A DNA stretch of 64,000 nt, from positions 372,001 through 436,000 of the forward strand of contig JAPDFW010000044.1 of the NCBI GenBank assembly GCA_028826165.1, read 5' to 3'. The notes under the pieces are model-generated. The model saw only the letters and a program-made list of their open reading frames with translations. It did not search any database and was not told the origin of the DNA. The DNA is from Anaeramoeba ignava BMAN (lineage: Eukaryota > Protista > Anaeramoebae). A program made the translations under genes and the position numbers. Below, piece by piece: positions 11,754 to 25,534 of the stretch; position 1 is the stretch's first letter; every line of letters starts with the position of its first letter.

Positions 11754-14700
11754 TTAAATGAAATAAGTCTCAAGTTCATCAACAACCCATTCATCATAAA
11801 GAACCAGCTAAATAACTTCTAGCTTCATTTGTTCCTTTTTTAATTCCATTAGGTAGATTATAACTTTCACCAAAATTTGAATCACCAGATTGTAAATCAG
11901 AATATAACTCAATATCACCTATAAATATTTTAATAAAGATAAATAATTAATTTTAATAATAATTAATAATAATTTAATTTAAAATTAATTTTATTTTAAA
12001 TTGAAATAATAATATTATTGATTATATTAATATTTTGGATTATTTATTAATTTAATTGTAATTATAATAATAATTATTTATTAAATATAAATTATTTACC
12101 ATCTATTTTAATAAAGATAAATAATTAATTTTAATAATAATTAATAATAATTTAATTTAAAATTTATTTTATTTTAAATTAAAATAATAATATTATTTAT
12201 TATATTAATATTTTGGATTATTTATTAATTTAATTTTAATTATAATAATAAATATTTATTAAATATAAATTATTTACCAAACTATTTTAATAAATATAAA
12301 TAATTAATTTTTAATAATAATTAATAATAATTTAATTTAAAATTAATTTTATTTTAAATTTAAAATAATAATATTATTTATTATATTAATATTTTGGATT
12401 ATTTATTAATTTAATTTTAATTATAATAATAAATATTTATTAAATATAAATTATTTACCAAACTATTTTAATAAAAGATAAATAATTAATTTTAATAATA
12501 ATTAATAATAATTTAATTTAAAATTAATTTTATTTTAAATTGAAATAATAATATTATTTATTATATTAATATTTTGTATTATTTATTAATTTAATTTTAA
12601 TTATAATAATAAATATTTATTAAATAATAAATTATTTACCATCTATTTTAATAAAGATAAATAATTAATTTTAATAATAATTAATAATAATTTAATTTAA
12701 AATTAATTTTATTTTAAATTTAAATAATAATATTATTTATTATATTAATATTTTGAATTATTTATTAATTTAATTTTAATTATAATAATAAATATTTATT
12801 AAATATAAATTATTTACAATCTATTTTAATAAAAATAAATAATTAATTTTAATAATAATTAATAATAATTTAATTTAAAATTAATTTTATTTTAAATTGA
12901 AATAATAATATTATTTATTATATTAATATTTTGGATTATTTATTAATTTAATTTTAATTATAATAATAAATATTTATTAAATATAAATTATTTAGCTATT
13001 TTAATAAAGATAAATAATTAATTTTAATAATAATTAATAATTTAATTTAAAATTATTTTATTTTAAATTGAAATAATAATATTATTTATTATATTAATAT
13101 TTTAGATTATTTATTAATTTAATTTTAATTATAATAATAAATATTTATTAAATATAAATTATTTACTAACTATTTTAATAAAGATAAATAATTAATTTTA
13201 ATAATAATTAATAATAATTTAATTTAAAATTAATTTTATTTTAAATTTAAATAATAATATTATTTATTATATTAATATTTTGGATTATTTATTAATTTAA
13301 TTTTAATTATAATAATAAATATTTATTAAATAATAAAATTATTTATATTTACCTCCTCCAAAACTTGGACCAAAATTTAAATCATAATAAATTGCATATT
13401 CTTTCTTTTCCTTTTTGAATTGTAAACTTTTCTGAATTTCTATCTCCTTTATCATTTCTTAATGAAAAAATAAATGAATTTGAATCTGGAATATATCCAT
13501 AATCATTATTTCTATCTTCTTCTCTCCATTTTGATTTATCATTTGTCCATCCAATTTGAGTAAAACCTCCAAAAATAAAATTATCTTTTGTTTTGATAAT
13601 AACTAATGTTTTTCCTTTATTATCACAAATCGAATGCCATTTATCACAATCAAATCCATCTCTTTTTGCTGAATATCCTTTTTTCATTTTAGAAAAAAAA
13701 TCATTATCATTTATCCATTCTTGTAATTTCTTAACATATTCAATATCTTTAATAATTTCTGAATCTGAAAATTGAGGTAAAATCTTCAATAATTTATTTT
13801 CATTTTGATTTGATTCTTCTTTTTGAATTTCTTTTATTTTTTGTTTCTCTTTTTCAATTTCTTTCTCAAATGATAATTTAAGATTTTGAATTTCTTCATC
13901 TTTTTGTTTGAGAATTTTATCTTTCTTTTCATTTTCTGATTTGAGATTTTGATTTTCTTCTTCTTTCTTTTGATTTTCTTTTTCTTTCTTCTTCTTTTCA
14001 GATTCAAATGATTTGATTCTTTTATCTCTTCTTTTAATTTTCTTTTCTTTTTCTTGAATTTTTGCTTGATTTTCTTGATCTTGAATTTGAAAAATAGTTC
14101 TTTCAAAATGAATTAAAAAAGAATTTGGAAGAAAAATATCAAATTGTTTTAATTTATCAAAATCTTGTTTTGAAATTGAATCTTTATCAAATAATGAAAA
14201 AAAAGAATGAAATAATCTTTTCTTTTCATTCATTTTCTGCTCATATTTCTTTAATTTTAATGAATTAATTCTTTTTTTAATCCAATTATTTAAAAATTGA
14301 AAAAAATCAAATTGAAAAATTTCTTTTTTTTCTTGTTTAAATTGAATAAATTTGATAATTTCTTCTTTAGTTAAATTGAATAAATTCTCATTATTCTGAA
14401 TTTGGGAAAAATTTTGATTTATTAATTCAAAACATTTTATTTCAATTTCATTTGAATTTAAATTTCGATTTTGGAATAAAAATTGGAAAAATTTGAATAA
14501 TTAATTGAATTTAAAATTTTTTTTTGAATAATTTCTTTCAATAAATTTAATTTAAAATAAATTGAAATTTCCAATAATTGGATAAGATTTTCTTGATTCT
14601 CAAAAGAAATATTTCCATAATAAATATAACTCAAAATTGATTCCATTTCTTTTTTATTAAATTGATTTAAAAAAATAGAAAGAGATTCTTGCCTTAATGA

Positions 14701-14935
14701 CTCATTAAAAAAAGGAGATCTTGAAGATAAAATTGATTTATGAACTTTAATTTCAAAAGGATTTGATTTATTCTCAACAAAAATTGAAAAATCTTTAAAT
14801 GAATTTCCATTTAAAAGGTTTGAATAATCTTTAATTAAATTTTTTGTTACTTTTTTTTCTAAATTTTTCATTTCATTTTCATTTTGATTTTGATTTGCAT
14901 TTTCGAATTTGGTTATTATTATTATTATTATCCAT
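11754..14935 (-). CDS. BTB/POZ - coiled coil - TLDc protein (TLDc copy 1, type A, starts MDNNN); several +1 indels
   Basis: BTB motif DFSIFV...IKVHKSILSSRSPFF; TLDc motifs GFDCDKWHSICDNKGKTLVIIKT...FGGFT and GPSFGG. Last exon 11754-11918 encodes DIELYSD...WVVDELETYFI*. Confidence 0.85.
11919..13352 (-). repeat. Array of 8 ~180-bp GT-AG intron units separated by putative micro-exons
   Basis: Sense-strand spacers: TTA (13167-9), degenerate (~12995), ATT (12818-20), ATG (12640-2), TTTG (12459-62), TTTG (12278-81), ATG (12100-2). Confidence 0.85.
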
Positions 14936-15344
14936 TTTGTTTTTGTTTTTGTTTTTGTTTTTGTTTTTGTTTATTAAAAAAAAGGAAAAAAATGAAAAAA
15001 AAAATTAAAAAAAAAATGAATAAAAAAAGTGGATTTTGAAAATAAATAAAAATATAAAAAATAAGAATAAATTTAAATTAATAATTAATTTAATTTTCTT
15101 TTTAATTTATTATTTTAAATTAATTTATTAATAAATTATTATTATTTTTTATTAATTTTTTATTATTAAAAAAAAAGGAAAATTATTTTAATTTAATTTT
15201 TAATTTAATTTTTTTTTTTGGAATTTAAAAATTATTAATAAATTTAAATTTTAAAACAAATTTCCAAATTAATATTAATTCAATTTAATTCAAAAAAAAA
15301 GATAAAATTTTAATTTCAAAAAAATCAATTTTCAAAATATTTTT

Positions 15345-15890
15345 AAATAATAAAATATTTAAATCTAAAACATTAAATTATTATTTTAATAATAAAATTA
15401 AATATTAAATTATATTTTTAAATTAATTTATAAATTAAATATTAAATTAAATCTATTCTCATTTTTTATATTTATATGTTAAATATTTAAATAATAAAAT
15501 ATTTAAATCTAAAACATTAAATTATTATTTTAAACATAAAATTAAATATTAAATTATATTTTTAAATTAATTTATAAATTAAATATTAAATTAAATCTAT
15601 TCTTATTTTTTATATTTATATGTTAAATATTTAAATAATAAAATATTTAAATCTAAAACATTAAATTATTATTTTAATAATAAAATTAAATATTAAATTA
15701 TATTTTTAAATTAATTTATAAATTAAATATTAAATTAAACCTATTCTTATTTTTTATATTTATATGTTAAATATTTAAATAATAAAATATTTAAATCTAA
15801 AACATTAAATTATTATTTTAATAATAAAATTAAATATTAAATTATATTTTTAAATTAATTTATAAATTAAATATTAAATTAAATCTATTT
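15345..15890 (+). repeat. ~144-bp tandem repeat associated with the BTB-TLDc family (~4 copies)
   Basis: AATCTAAAACATTAAATT recurs at ~15362, 15506, 15650 and 15794. Confidence 0.9.
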
Positions 15891-15938
15891 CATTTTTTCA
15901 TTTTTTTTCATTTTTTTCTTTTCAAATTTTTATTTAAA

Positions 15939-18900
15939 ATGGAAACTTATTCAAATTTAGAAAAACTTTCAAATGATTTAAAAAATTTATTTCAAAATCA
16001 AAATCAAAATGAAAAAGAAGAAGAAAGTTATTTTGATTTTGAAATAATTTGTGAACAAAATAAAACTTCATTTAAAACTCATAAATCAATTCTTTCTTCA
16101 AGAAGTCAATATTTTAAATCTCTTTTCAAATCAAAAATGAAAGAATATCAAGAAAATAAAATGATTCTAAAAGATGTTTCAAGTTCAATTTTATCTTCAA
16201 TTTTAAATTATTTTTATTCAGGAAAAATTGAAATTAATTTAGAAAATGCTGTTGAAATTTTAATTTTTTCATCAAAATATTTAATTGATGAATTAATTGA
16301 AATTTGTTTAAAGTTTATCAAAAACAATTTACAAATTGAAACTATTGTTGATGTTCTTAAATTATCTGAATCAATGAACTTAAATCAATTATTGAATTCT
16401 TCTTATAAATTTATTTCAAAAAATTTTGAAGAATTTATCAAAACTTCATTTTTTCTTGAACTTGAAGAAAATCATTTAAATTCAATTTTATCAAATGATT
16501 ATATTCTAATAAATGAATTCAAAATTTTCCAATCAATAATCAAATGGGGAAAACATAAATCAAATATTAATCAAGAAAAAGAAAATCAAAAACTTGAAAA
16601 AGAAGAAAAAGAAAAATTACAAGATCAAATTTCAAATATTATTGATAAAATCAGATTTATTGATTTCACAAACCAAGAACTTGAAGATATTTTGAAAGAA
16701 GATTTAATTCCAAATCAAATTTCACAAAAATTAATTCAATTTCAAATACTTCAAAATGATAAAGAAAAATTAAATGAATTCATTCAAAAAGAAAATCAAA
16801 ATCAAAATTCATTCATTTTTAAATCAAAATTTCTATCAGATTCAGAAATTATTCAAAGATAAAGAATATGTTAAGAAATTACAAGAATGGATAAATGATA
16901 ATGATTTTTTTTATAAAATGAAAAAAGGATATTCAGCAAAAAAAGATGGATTTGGTTGTGATAAATGGCATTCAATTTGTGATAATAAAGGAAAAACATT
17001 AGTTATTATCAAAACAAAACAAAATTTTATTTTTGGAGGATTTACTCAAGTTGGATGGACAAATGATAAATCAAAATGGAGAGAAAAATATAGATATAAT
17101 GATTATGGAAATATTCCAGATTCAAATTCATTTATTTTTTCATTAAGAAATGATAAAGGAGATAGAAATTCAGAAAAGTTTACAATTCAAAAAGGAAAAG
17201 AGCAAAAAGCAATTTATTATGATTTAGATATTGGTCCAAGTTTTGGAGGATGTAAATATAAATAATTTTATTATTTAATAAATATTTATTATTATAATTA
17301 AAATTAAATTAATAAATAATCCAAAATATTAATATAATAAATAATATTATTATTTTAATTTAAAATAAAATTAATTTTAAATTAAATTATTATTAATTAT
17401 TATTAAAATTAATTATTTATCTTTATTAAAATAGATTGTAAATAATTTATATTTAATAAATATTTATTATTATTATAATTAAAATTAAATTAATAAATAA
17501 ACCAAAATATTAATATAATAAATAATATTACTATTTAAATTTAAAATAAAATAAATTTTAAATTAAATTATTATTAATTATTATTAAAATTAATTATTTA
17601 TCTTATTAAAATAGCTAGTAAATAATTTATATTTAATAAATATTTATTATTATAATTAAAATTAAATTAATAAATAATCCAAAAATATTAATATAATAAA
17701 TAATATTATTATTTCAATTTAAAATAAAATTAATTTTAAATTAAATTATTATTAATTATTATTAAAATTAATTATTTATTTTTATTAAAATAGGTAGTAA
17801 ATAATTTATATTTAATAAATATTTATTATTATTATAATTAAAATTAAATTAATAAATAATCCAAAAATATTAATATAATAAATAATATTATTATTTTAAT
17901 TTAAAATAAAATTAATTTTAAATTAAATTATTATTAATTATTATTAAAATTAATTATTTATCTTTATTAAAATAGAAGGTAAATAATTTATATTTAATAA
18001 ATATTTATTATTATAATTAAAATTAAATTAATAAATAATCCAAAATATTAATATGATAAATAATATTATTATTTCAATTTAAAATAAAATTAAATTTTAA
18101 ATTAAAATTATTATTAATTATTATTAAAATTAATTATTTATCTTTATTAAAATAGATGGTAAATAATTTATATTTAATAAATATTTATTATTATAATTAA
18201 AATTAAATTAATAAATAATCCAAAATATTAATATAATAAATAATATTATTATTTCAATTTAAAATAAAATTAAATTTTAAATTAAAATTATTATTAATTA
18301 TTATTAAAATTAATTATTTATCTTTATTAAAATAGATTGGTAAATAATTTATGATTAATAAATATTTATTATTATAATTAAAATTAAATTAATAAATAAT
18401 CCAAAATATTAATATAATAAATAATATTATTATTTCAATTTAAAATAAAATAAATTTTAAATTAAATTATTATTAATTATTATTAAAATTAATTATTTAT
18501 CTTTATTAAAATAGATGGTAAATAATTTATATTTAATAAATATTTATTATTATAATTAAAATTAAATTAATAAATAATCCAAAAATATTAATATAATAAA
18601 TAATATTATTATTTCAATTTAAAATAAAATAAATTTTAAATTAAATTATTATTAATTATTATTAAAATTAATTATTTATCTTTATTAAAATAGTTAGTAA
18701 ATAATTTATATTTAATAAATAATTATTATTATAATTAAAATTAAATTAATAATTTTTTAAAATATTAATATAATAAATATTATTATTATTTAAATTTAAA
18801 ATAAAATTAATTTTAAATTAAATTATTATTAATTATTATTAAAAATTAATTATTTATCTTTATTAAAATATATTGTAAATAATTTATATTTAATAAATAT

Positions 18901-19388
18901 TTATTATTATAATTAAAATTAAATTAATAAATAATCCAAAATATTAATATAATAAATAATATTATTATTTCAATTTAAAATAAAATTAATTTTAAATTAA
19001 ATTATTATTAATTATTATTAAAATTAATTATTTATCTTTATTAAAATAGCTGGTAAATAATTTATATTTAATAAATATTTATTATTTATAATTAAAATTA
19101 AATTAATAAATAATTCAAAATATTAATATAATAAATAATATTATTATTTCAATTTAAAATAAAATTAATTTTAAATTAAATTATTATTAAAATTAATTAT
19201 TTATCTTTATTAAAATATTTATAGGTGATATTTGGATAGATTCTAATTTACAACCTGGTTATTCAAATTTTGGTGAAAATTATAATCTACCTAATGGAAT
19301 TAAATATGAAACAAATGAAGCTGAAAGTTATTTAGCTGGTTCTCCTAATAAATGGGTTGTTGATGAACTTGAGACTTATTTCATTTAA
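15939..19388 (+). CDS. BTB-BACK-TLDc protein (TLDc copy 2, type B, starts METY)
   Basis: ORFs 15939-16862 and 16774-17265 join across a 1-nt indel. BTB FKTHKSILSSRSQYF; BACK-like EFKIFQSIIKWG...IRF; TLDc follows. Donor at 17252; final exon 19225-19388 encodes DIWID...WVVDELETYFI*. Confidence 0.88.
17252..19224 (+). repeat. Array of 11 ~180-bp GT-AG intron units separated by putative micro-exons
   Basis: Spacers: ATT 17435, CTA 17615, GTA 17794, AAG 17976, ATG 18156, ATTG 18336, ATG 18515, TTA 18694, ATT 18872 (acceptor is AT instead of AG), CTG 19050. Confidence 0.9.
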
Positions 19389-19684
19389 AAACTTATTTTT
19401 CATTTTTTTTTCAAAATTTAATTCAATTTTAATTTACTTTCAATCAATTTAAATTCTTCAAATCAATAAATAAGAAACAAATCCAAATTTAAATAATTTA
19501 ATTTTAATTTAAAAATATTATTAAAAAGAAGATTAATTTGAAAAAATGAAAAATCAAAAATATAAAAATTGAAAATATAAATTAATTATTATTAATTGTA
19601 AAATATTTTATAAAATATAAAATAGGAAACAAATCAATTATAATTTATTATTAAAAAATTATTTAATAAATAAATAAATTGAAA

Positions 19685-20240
19685 ATATTTTTAAATAATA
19701 AAATATTTAAATCTAAAACATTAAATTATTATTTTAAACATAAAATTAAATATTAAATTATATTTTTAAATTAATTTATAAATTAAATATTAAATTAAAT
19801 CTATTCTTCATTTTTTATATTTTTATGTTAAATATTTAAATAATAAAATATTTAAATCTAAAACATTAAATTATTATTTTAATAATAAAATTAAATATTA
19901 AATTATATTTTTAAATTAATTTATAAATTAAATAATAAATTAAATCTATTCTTGTTTTTATATTTATATGTTAAATATTTAAATAATAAAATATTTAAAT
20001 TTAAAACAATAAATTATTATTTTAAACATAAAATTAAATATTAAATTATATTTTTAAATTAATTTATAAATTAAATATTAAATTAAATCTATTCTCATTT
20101 TTTATATTTATATGTTAAATATTTAAATAATAAAATATTTAAATCTAAAACATTAAATTATTATTTTAATAATAAAATTAAATATTAAATTATATTTTTA
20201 AATTAATTTATAAATTAAATATTAAATTAAATCTATTTTC
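19685..20240 (+). repeat. ~144-bp BTB-TLDc-associated tandem repeat (~4 copies)
   Basis: Same unit as at 15345-15890. Confidence 0.9.
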
Positions 20241-20443
20241 AAAAAAGAAAGAAAATTTGGAATTTTGAATTTTATTGAAATTGAAATTGAAATTGAAAAG
20301 GAATTGAAATTGAAATTGAAATTGAAATTGAAAAAGGAATTGAAATTGAAATTGAAATTGGAATTGAAATTGAAAAGGAAAAGAAATTGAAAAGGAAAAG
20401 AAATTGAAAAAGGAATTGAAAAAGGAATTGAAAATTTCCAAAA

Positions 20444-21720
20444 TTATTTTTTTGAAATAAATGATAATTTTAATTGACCATCATTAGCTTTAAGTAAAGC
20501 AACAAAATTATCAAAATTCTGAAATGTTAAAAGTTTCATTTGATAAAGTTTTGTTAATTGAGTAGAATAAGGAGATTGTCTAATTTTACGATTAAGAATT
20601 TCATCCATAAAAAAACTGATATCATCTTTTGGATTTTGATTTTGATTTTGATTTTGATTTTGATTTTCGATTTTGATTTTGATTTTGATTTTCATTTTGT
20701 TGAAGATGTTGAATAACTCTTTCTCTAATTTTTTGGATTTCAGAATCAATATTAGAATTTTCTTCTTTTTGATTTTGATTTTGATTTTGATTTTGATTTT
20801 GATTTTGATTTTGATTTTGATTTTGATTTTGATTTTGATTTTGATTTTGATTTTGATTTTGATTTTGATTTTCTTCAATTAATTCCTTTTTTTCAAATTC
20901 TTTTTCACTTTCAAGTTTATAAAACTCAATTATTTGTCTTTGAATTTCATCGAGTTCTGATTCATCAATCTTTGCTTTCATAAATTGATCATCAATAAAA
21001 GATTTATCAAAATCATCAATTTTTTCTTTTTGTAATTCTTGAATTGAAAAAGGAACATTTTTTTTTTCTTCAAAATTTTTCAATGGAATTAATGAAGTTT
21101 CTCCAGTTTCTTTGTTTTTGATTTCTTGATAAAGAGCCCAATCAACATGAGTTTTATCTGTTGATTTTGGATCAGTTTCATCTGCAAAATGAATTACTAA
21201 TTTACTGTTTTGATTTTCTTTTTGAATTTGATTAATTTTTTGATTTTTAGGAATTGAAGCTTTTGTTTGTTTTTTTTTTTTGGAAATTAAATTAAAAAAT
21301 AAAAAATATAAGTATAAATTTAATCAAAAAAAATGTCAAAAAAATAAATGATATTTTTTAAAAAGATAAAAAGGATATTTTCAAGTCAAAATTTCAATTT
21401 AAAATAAATTAAAAAATTCAATTTAAAATAAATTAAAAAAATTTCAATTTAAAATAAATACTTGTAATTTCAATTTTAATAAGAGGAATTTTTGAAGAAG
21501 AAATTGAATGTGAAAATTGAAGAAGATATTCCCAATCATTTTGAGTTCCAACTGTTATATTATCTTCTCCATCAAAATAAGTAATTGTAATTTCTGTTTG
21601 TGATTCAAGTTTATAAATTTCTTTTATTGTTTCTTTTAATTCTTCAAAACTTGTTTTGTCTGTTATTGTAAATCTTCTTAAATCTTGTTTTAATGTTGAT
21701 TTTATATTATAACTTGTCAT
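20444..21720 (-). CDS. PB1-domain protein with probable C-terminal UBA-like domain (p62/NBR1-like architecture)
   Basis: Exon 1 from ATG 21720, MTSYNIKSTLKQDLRRF...ITITYFDGEDNITVGTQNDWEY, has the PB1 K and OPCA motifs. Intron ~21260-21461. C-terminus YSTQLTKLYQM...NFVALLKANDG resembles a UBA domain. Confidence 0.65.
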
Positions 21721-22109
21721 TTTGTTTTTTAAAATGGAAAAAAAAATTTGTTTTGTTTTGTTTTTTGGTTTTGATTTTGATTTTAATAAGAAAAGAAAAA
21801 AGAAAAAAGAAAAGGTTTTTGTAATTGCTTTTTTAAAAGAAAAATGAAAGAAAATGAAAAGAAAAAAAATGAATTTTTTAATTTTAAATTTTTTTAATTT
21901 TTTAAAAGTAAGAACAAAAATAAAAAAAAATAAAAAAATAAATCGGAAAAAATTCAATTATTAAAACCTTTTATTTTTTAATAAATTTTTAATTTTTAAA
22001 AAAAATTTATAAATAAAAATAAAAATAAAAATTTAAATCGGAAAAATATTTTTCTTCTTTTTATTTTTAGAATTAAAAATATCAATTATTAAAACAATTT
22101 AAATTAATT

Positions 22110-23320
22110 TAAATTTAGATTAAATTGAAATAATTTTATATTTTATTAATAATAATAAATAATATAGATTTAATAAATATTTAATTATAAAAATATTTAA
22201 TTTAGATTAAATTGAAATAATTTTATATTTTATTAATAATAATAAATAATATAGATTTTAATAAATATTTAATTATAAAAATATTAAATTTAGATTAAAT
22301 AAATAAAAATAATAATTTTATATTTATATTTAATAAATAATAATAAATAATATAGATTTATTAAATATTTAATTATAAAAATATTAAATTTAGATTAAAT
22401 TGAAATAATTTTATATTTTATTAATAATAATAAATAATATAGATTTAATAAATATTTAATTATAAAAATATTAAATTTAAATTAAATTGAAATAATTTTA
22501 TATTTAATTATAATAATAAATAATAAATATTTAATAAATATTTAATTATATAAATATTAAAAAATTATAAAAATATTTTAATTTAAATTAAAATGAAATA
22601 ATTTTATATTTTAATTTTATATTTTTAATAAATAATAAATAATATAGATTTAATAAATATTTAATTATAAAAATATTAAATTTAAATTAAATTGAAATAA
22701 TTTTTATTTTAATTAATAATAATAAATAATATAGATTTAATAAATATTTAATTATAAAAATATTTAAATTTAAATTAAATTGAAATAATTTTATATTTTT
22801 AATAATAATAAATAATATAATTTATAAATATTTTTATAAAAATATTTAATTATAAAAATATTTTATTTTTTAAAATTAAATTGAAATATTTTTTATATTT
22901 TATAAATAATAATAAATAATATAAATTTAAATAAAATTTAAATATTTAATTATAAAAATATTAAATTTAAATTAAATTGAAATAATTTTATATTTTTATT
23001 AATAATAATAAATAATATAGATTTAATAAATATTTAATTATAAAAATATTAAATTTAGATTAAATTGAAATAATTTTATATTTTATAAATAATAATAAAT
23101 AATATAGATTTAATAAATATTTAATTATAAAAATATTTAATTTAAATTAAATTGAAATAATTTTATATTTTATAAATAATAATAAATAATATAGATTTAA
23201 TAAATATTTAATTATAAAAATATTAAAATTAAATTGAAATAATTTTATATTTTATTAATAATAATAAATAATATAGATTTAATAAATATTTAATTATAAA
23301 AATATTAAATTTAGATTGAA
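22110..23320. repeat. ~87-bp AT-rich intergenic tandem repeat, ~13 copies
   Basis: TTAGATTAAATTGAAATAATTTTATA...AATATAGATTTAATAAATATTTAATTATAAAAA recurs at ~22115, 22202, 22290 and onward. Confidence 0.85.
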
Positions 23321-23404
23321 TTGGAATGATTAATAAAGAAGGATATGAAAATTTGTAAATTAAATTTTTTCATTTTTTTCATTTTTTTCATTTTTTTTAA
23401 AATT

Positions 23405-25368
23405 ATGAATTCATTAACAAATAATTCAATTTTACAAAATTCAATTAAATATTGTGATGAATTAACATTAGAATATTTAAAATTTCGAGGATTTGATAAA
23501 ACAGTTGAATCAATTGAAAATGAAATAAAAACAAATAAAATACAAGAATTAAGTTCAAGTAAAATTGTAGAAGAAATATTTACAATGATTTATAGTTATG
23601 ATGCAACAGGTTTATTTGATTTTTGGAATCATTTGGATAAATTATTTTATGAATATTTAGATACAAAAATTGCAAAAATGATGAAAAATTTAAAAAGTTC
23701 TTTGATAAAATTTTATATTGTTAATTGTATTCAAAATAAAGCGTTAAAAGAATTGAATGGTTTTTTTTCTTTATATTCTGATATTCTTGTTGAAGATAAT
23801 GAATTTTCAACTTGGCTTGGTATTTTTTATTTTGGAATAAAAAAGAACTTCTTTATTTTAAATGGATTTTATTATTTTATATATATTTATTTATATTTAT
23901 ATAAAAAAAAAGCTCTTCCATATATTCATCAACCAGAAAAAGATCCAAGATTTTCTGCTTTTTTTACAAAAAGATGGATTGAAACTTTAAAAATTTCTTT
24001 ATCAAATTTTCTTCAATCTTTATTTCAAAAGCTTCGTAAATCCAAATTCAATTAAATTCAAAATTAAATTCAAAAATAAATTCAAAATTAAATTCAAATA
24101 AATTAAAAAATTAAATTCAAAATTAAATTCAAAATTAAATTCAAAATTAAATTAAATTCAAAATTAAATTCAAAATTAAATTCAAAATTAAATTAAATTC
24201 AAAATTAAATTCAAATTCAAAATTAAATTAAAATTAAATTAAATTCAAAATTAAATTAAAAATTAAATTAAATTCAAAATTAAATTAAAAAATTAAATTC
24301 AAAATTAAAATAAATTAAATTTAAAAAATTAAAATTAAATTAAATTCAAAATTAAATTCAAAATTAAATTCAAAATTAAATTCAAAATTAAATTAAAATT
24401 AAAATTAAATTAAATTCAAAAATTAAATTCAAAATTAAATTAAATTCAAAATTAAATTAAATTCAAAATTAAATTAAATCCAAAATTAAATTCAAAAATT
24501 AAATTCAAAATTAAATTAAAATTAAAAAAAATTAAATTCAAAAATTAAATTCAAAAATTAAATAAAATAAAATTAAATTTAAAAAAATTAAATTAAAAAT
24601 TAAATTCAAAATTAAATTAAATTCAAAATTAAATTAAATTCAAAATAAATTAAAAAAAATTAAATTAAAATTAAATTAAATAAAATTAAATTTAAAAATT
24701 AAATTCAAAATTAAATTCAAAATTAAATTCAAAATTAAATTAAAATTCAAATTAAATTCAAAATTAAATTAAATTCAAAAATTAATAAATTCAAAATTAA
24801 ATTAAATTCCAAATTAAATTAAAAATTAAATTCAAAATTAAATTCAAAATTAAATTCAAAAAATAAAAAAAAAATCAAAATTCAAAATTAAAATCAAAAA
24901 TTAAATTCAAAAATTAAATTCAAAATTAAATTAAAATAAAAATCAAAATTCAAAAATTAAATTCTGAAAAATTAAATTCAAAATTAAATTAAAAATTAAA
25001 TTAAATTAAAAATTAAATTCAAAATTAAAATTAAATTAAAATTAAAAATTAAAATTCAAAATTAAATTCAAAATTAAATTAAATTAAATTAAAAATTAAA
25101 TACAAAATTAAATTCAAAATTAAATTAAAAATTAAATTCAAAATTAAATTAAATATTAAATTAAATATAAAAAGCTCGACCAAAAATTCTTCATCTTCAT
25201 TCTGAAAAACTTGAAAAAAAAGGATTAGCTTGTTATCTTAAAAGTTTAGAATTTGAATCTGAAAATCTTCAAAATCAAGTTACATTTCTTGAAATGAAAT
25301 TATCAAATCTTAAAAAAAAAATAAAAAATAATTCAAAAAGAAAAACAAAAACAATAAAAGAAAATTAA
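23405..25368 (+). CDS. WDR91-like protein, N-terminal (LisH-like) region only; 3 exons (23405-23819, 23913-24035, 25175-25368)
   Basis: DELTLEYLKFRGF...SLIKFYIV...ALPYI...FSAFFTKRWIETLKISLSNFL..PRPKIL matches the recalled WDR91 N-terminus. GT-AG introns keep the frame. Confidence 0.7.
24036..25174 (+). repeat. Intron filled with AAATT/AAATTC simple repeats
   Basis: Directly visible; bounded by GT at 24036 and AG at 25173-4. Confidence 0.85.
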
Positions 25369-25534
25369 AAAAGAAAAATTTAAAAAAAGAAAAATTTTTT
25401 CCGATTTTTATTTTTCTTTTAAAAAAAGAAAAGAAAAGAAAAAGGAAAAAGATAAAATTTTCACTAAAAAAGAAAAAGAAAAAGAAAAAAGAAATTTTTT
25501 TAAAGTGAAAATTTTATCAAAAGAAAAAAAAGAA

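Noticed and set aside
17252-19224. CRISPR array interpretation of the repeat/spacer structure
   Set aside because: Repeats are ~177 bp and spacers 3 nt, the arrays lie inside eukaryotic genes, and no cas genes are present.
10895-20240. Repeat periods of ~144 and ~180 bp as nucleosome-positioning signals
   Set aside because: The match to core and repeat lengths is suggestive, but nothing in the sequence tests it.
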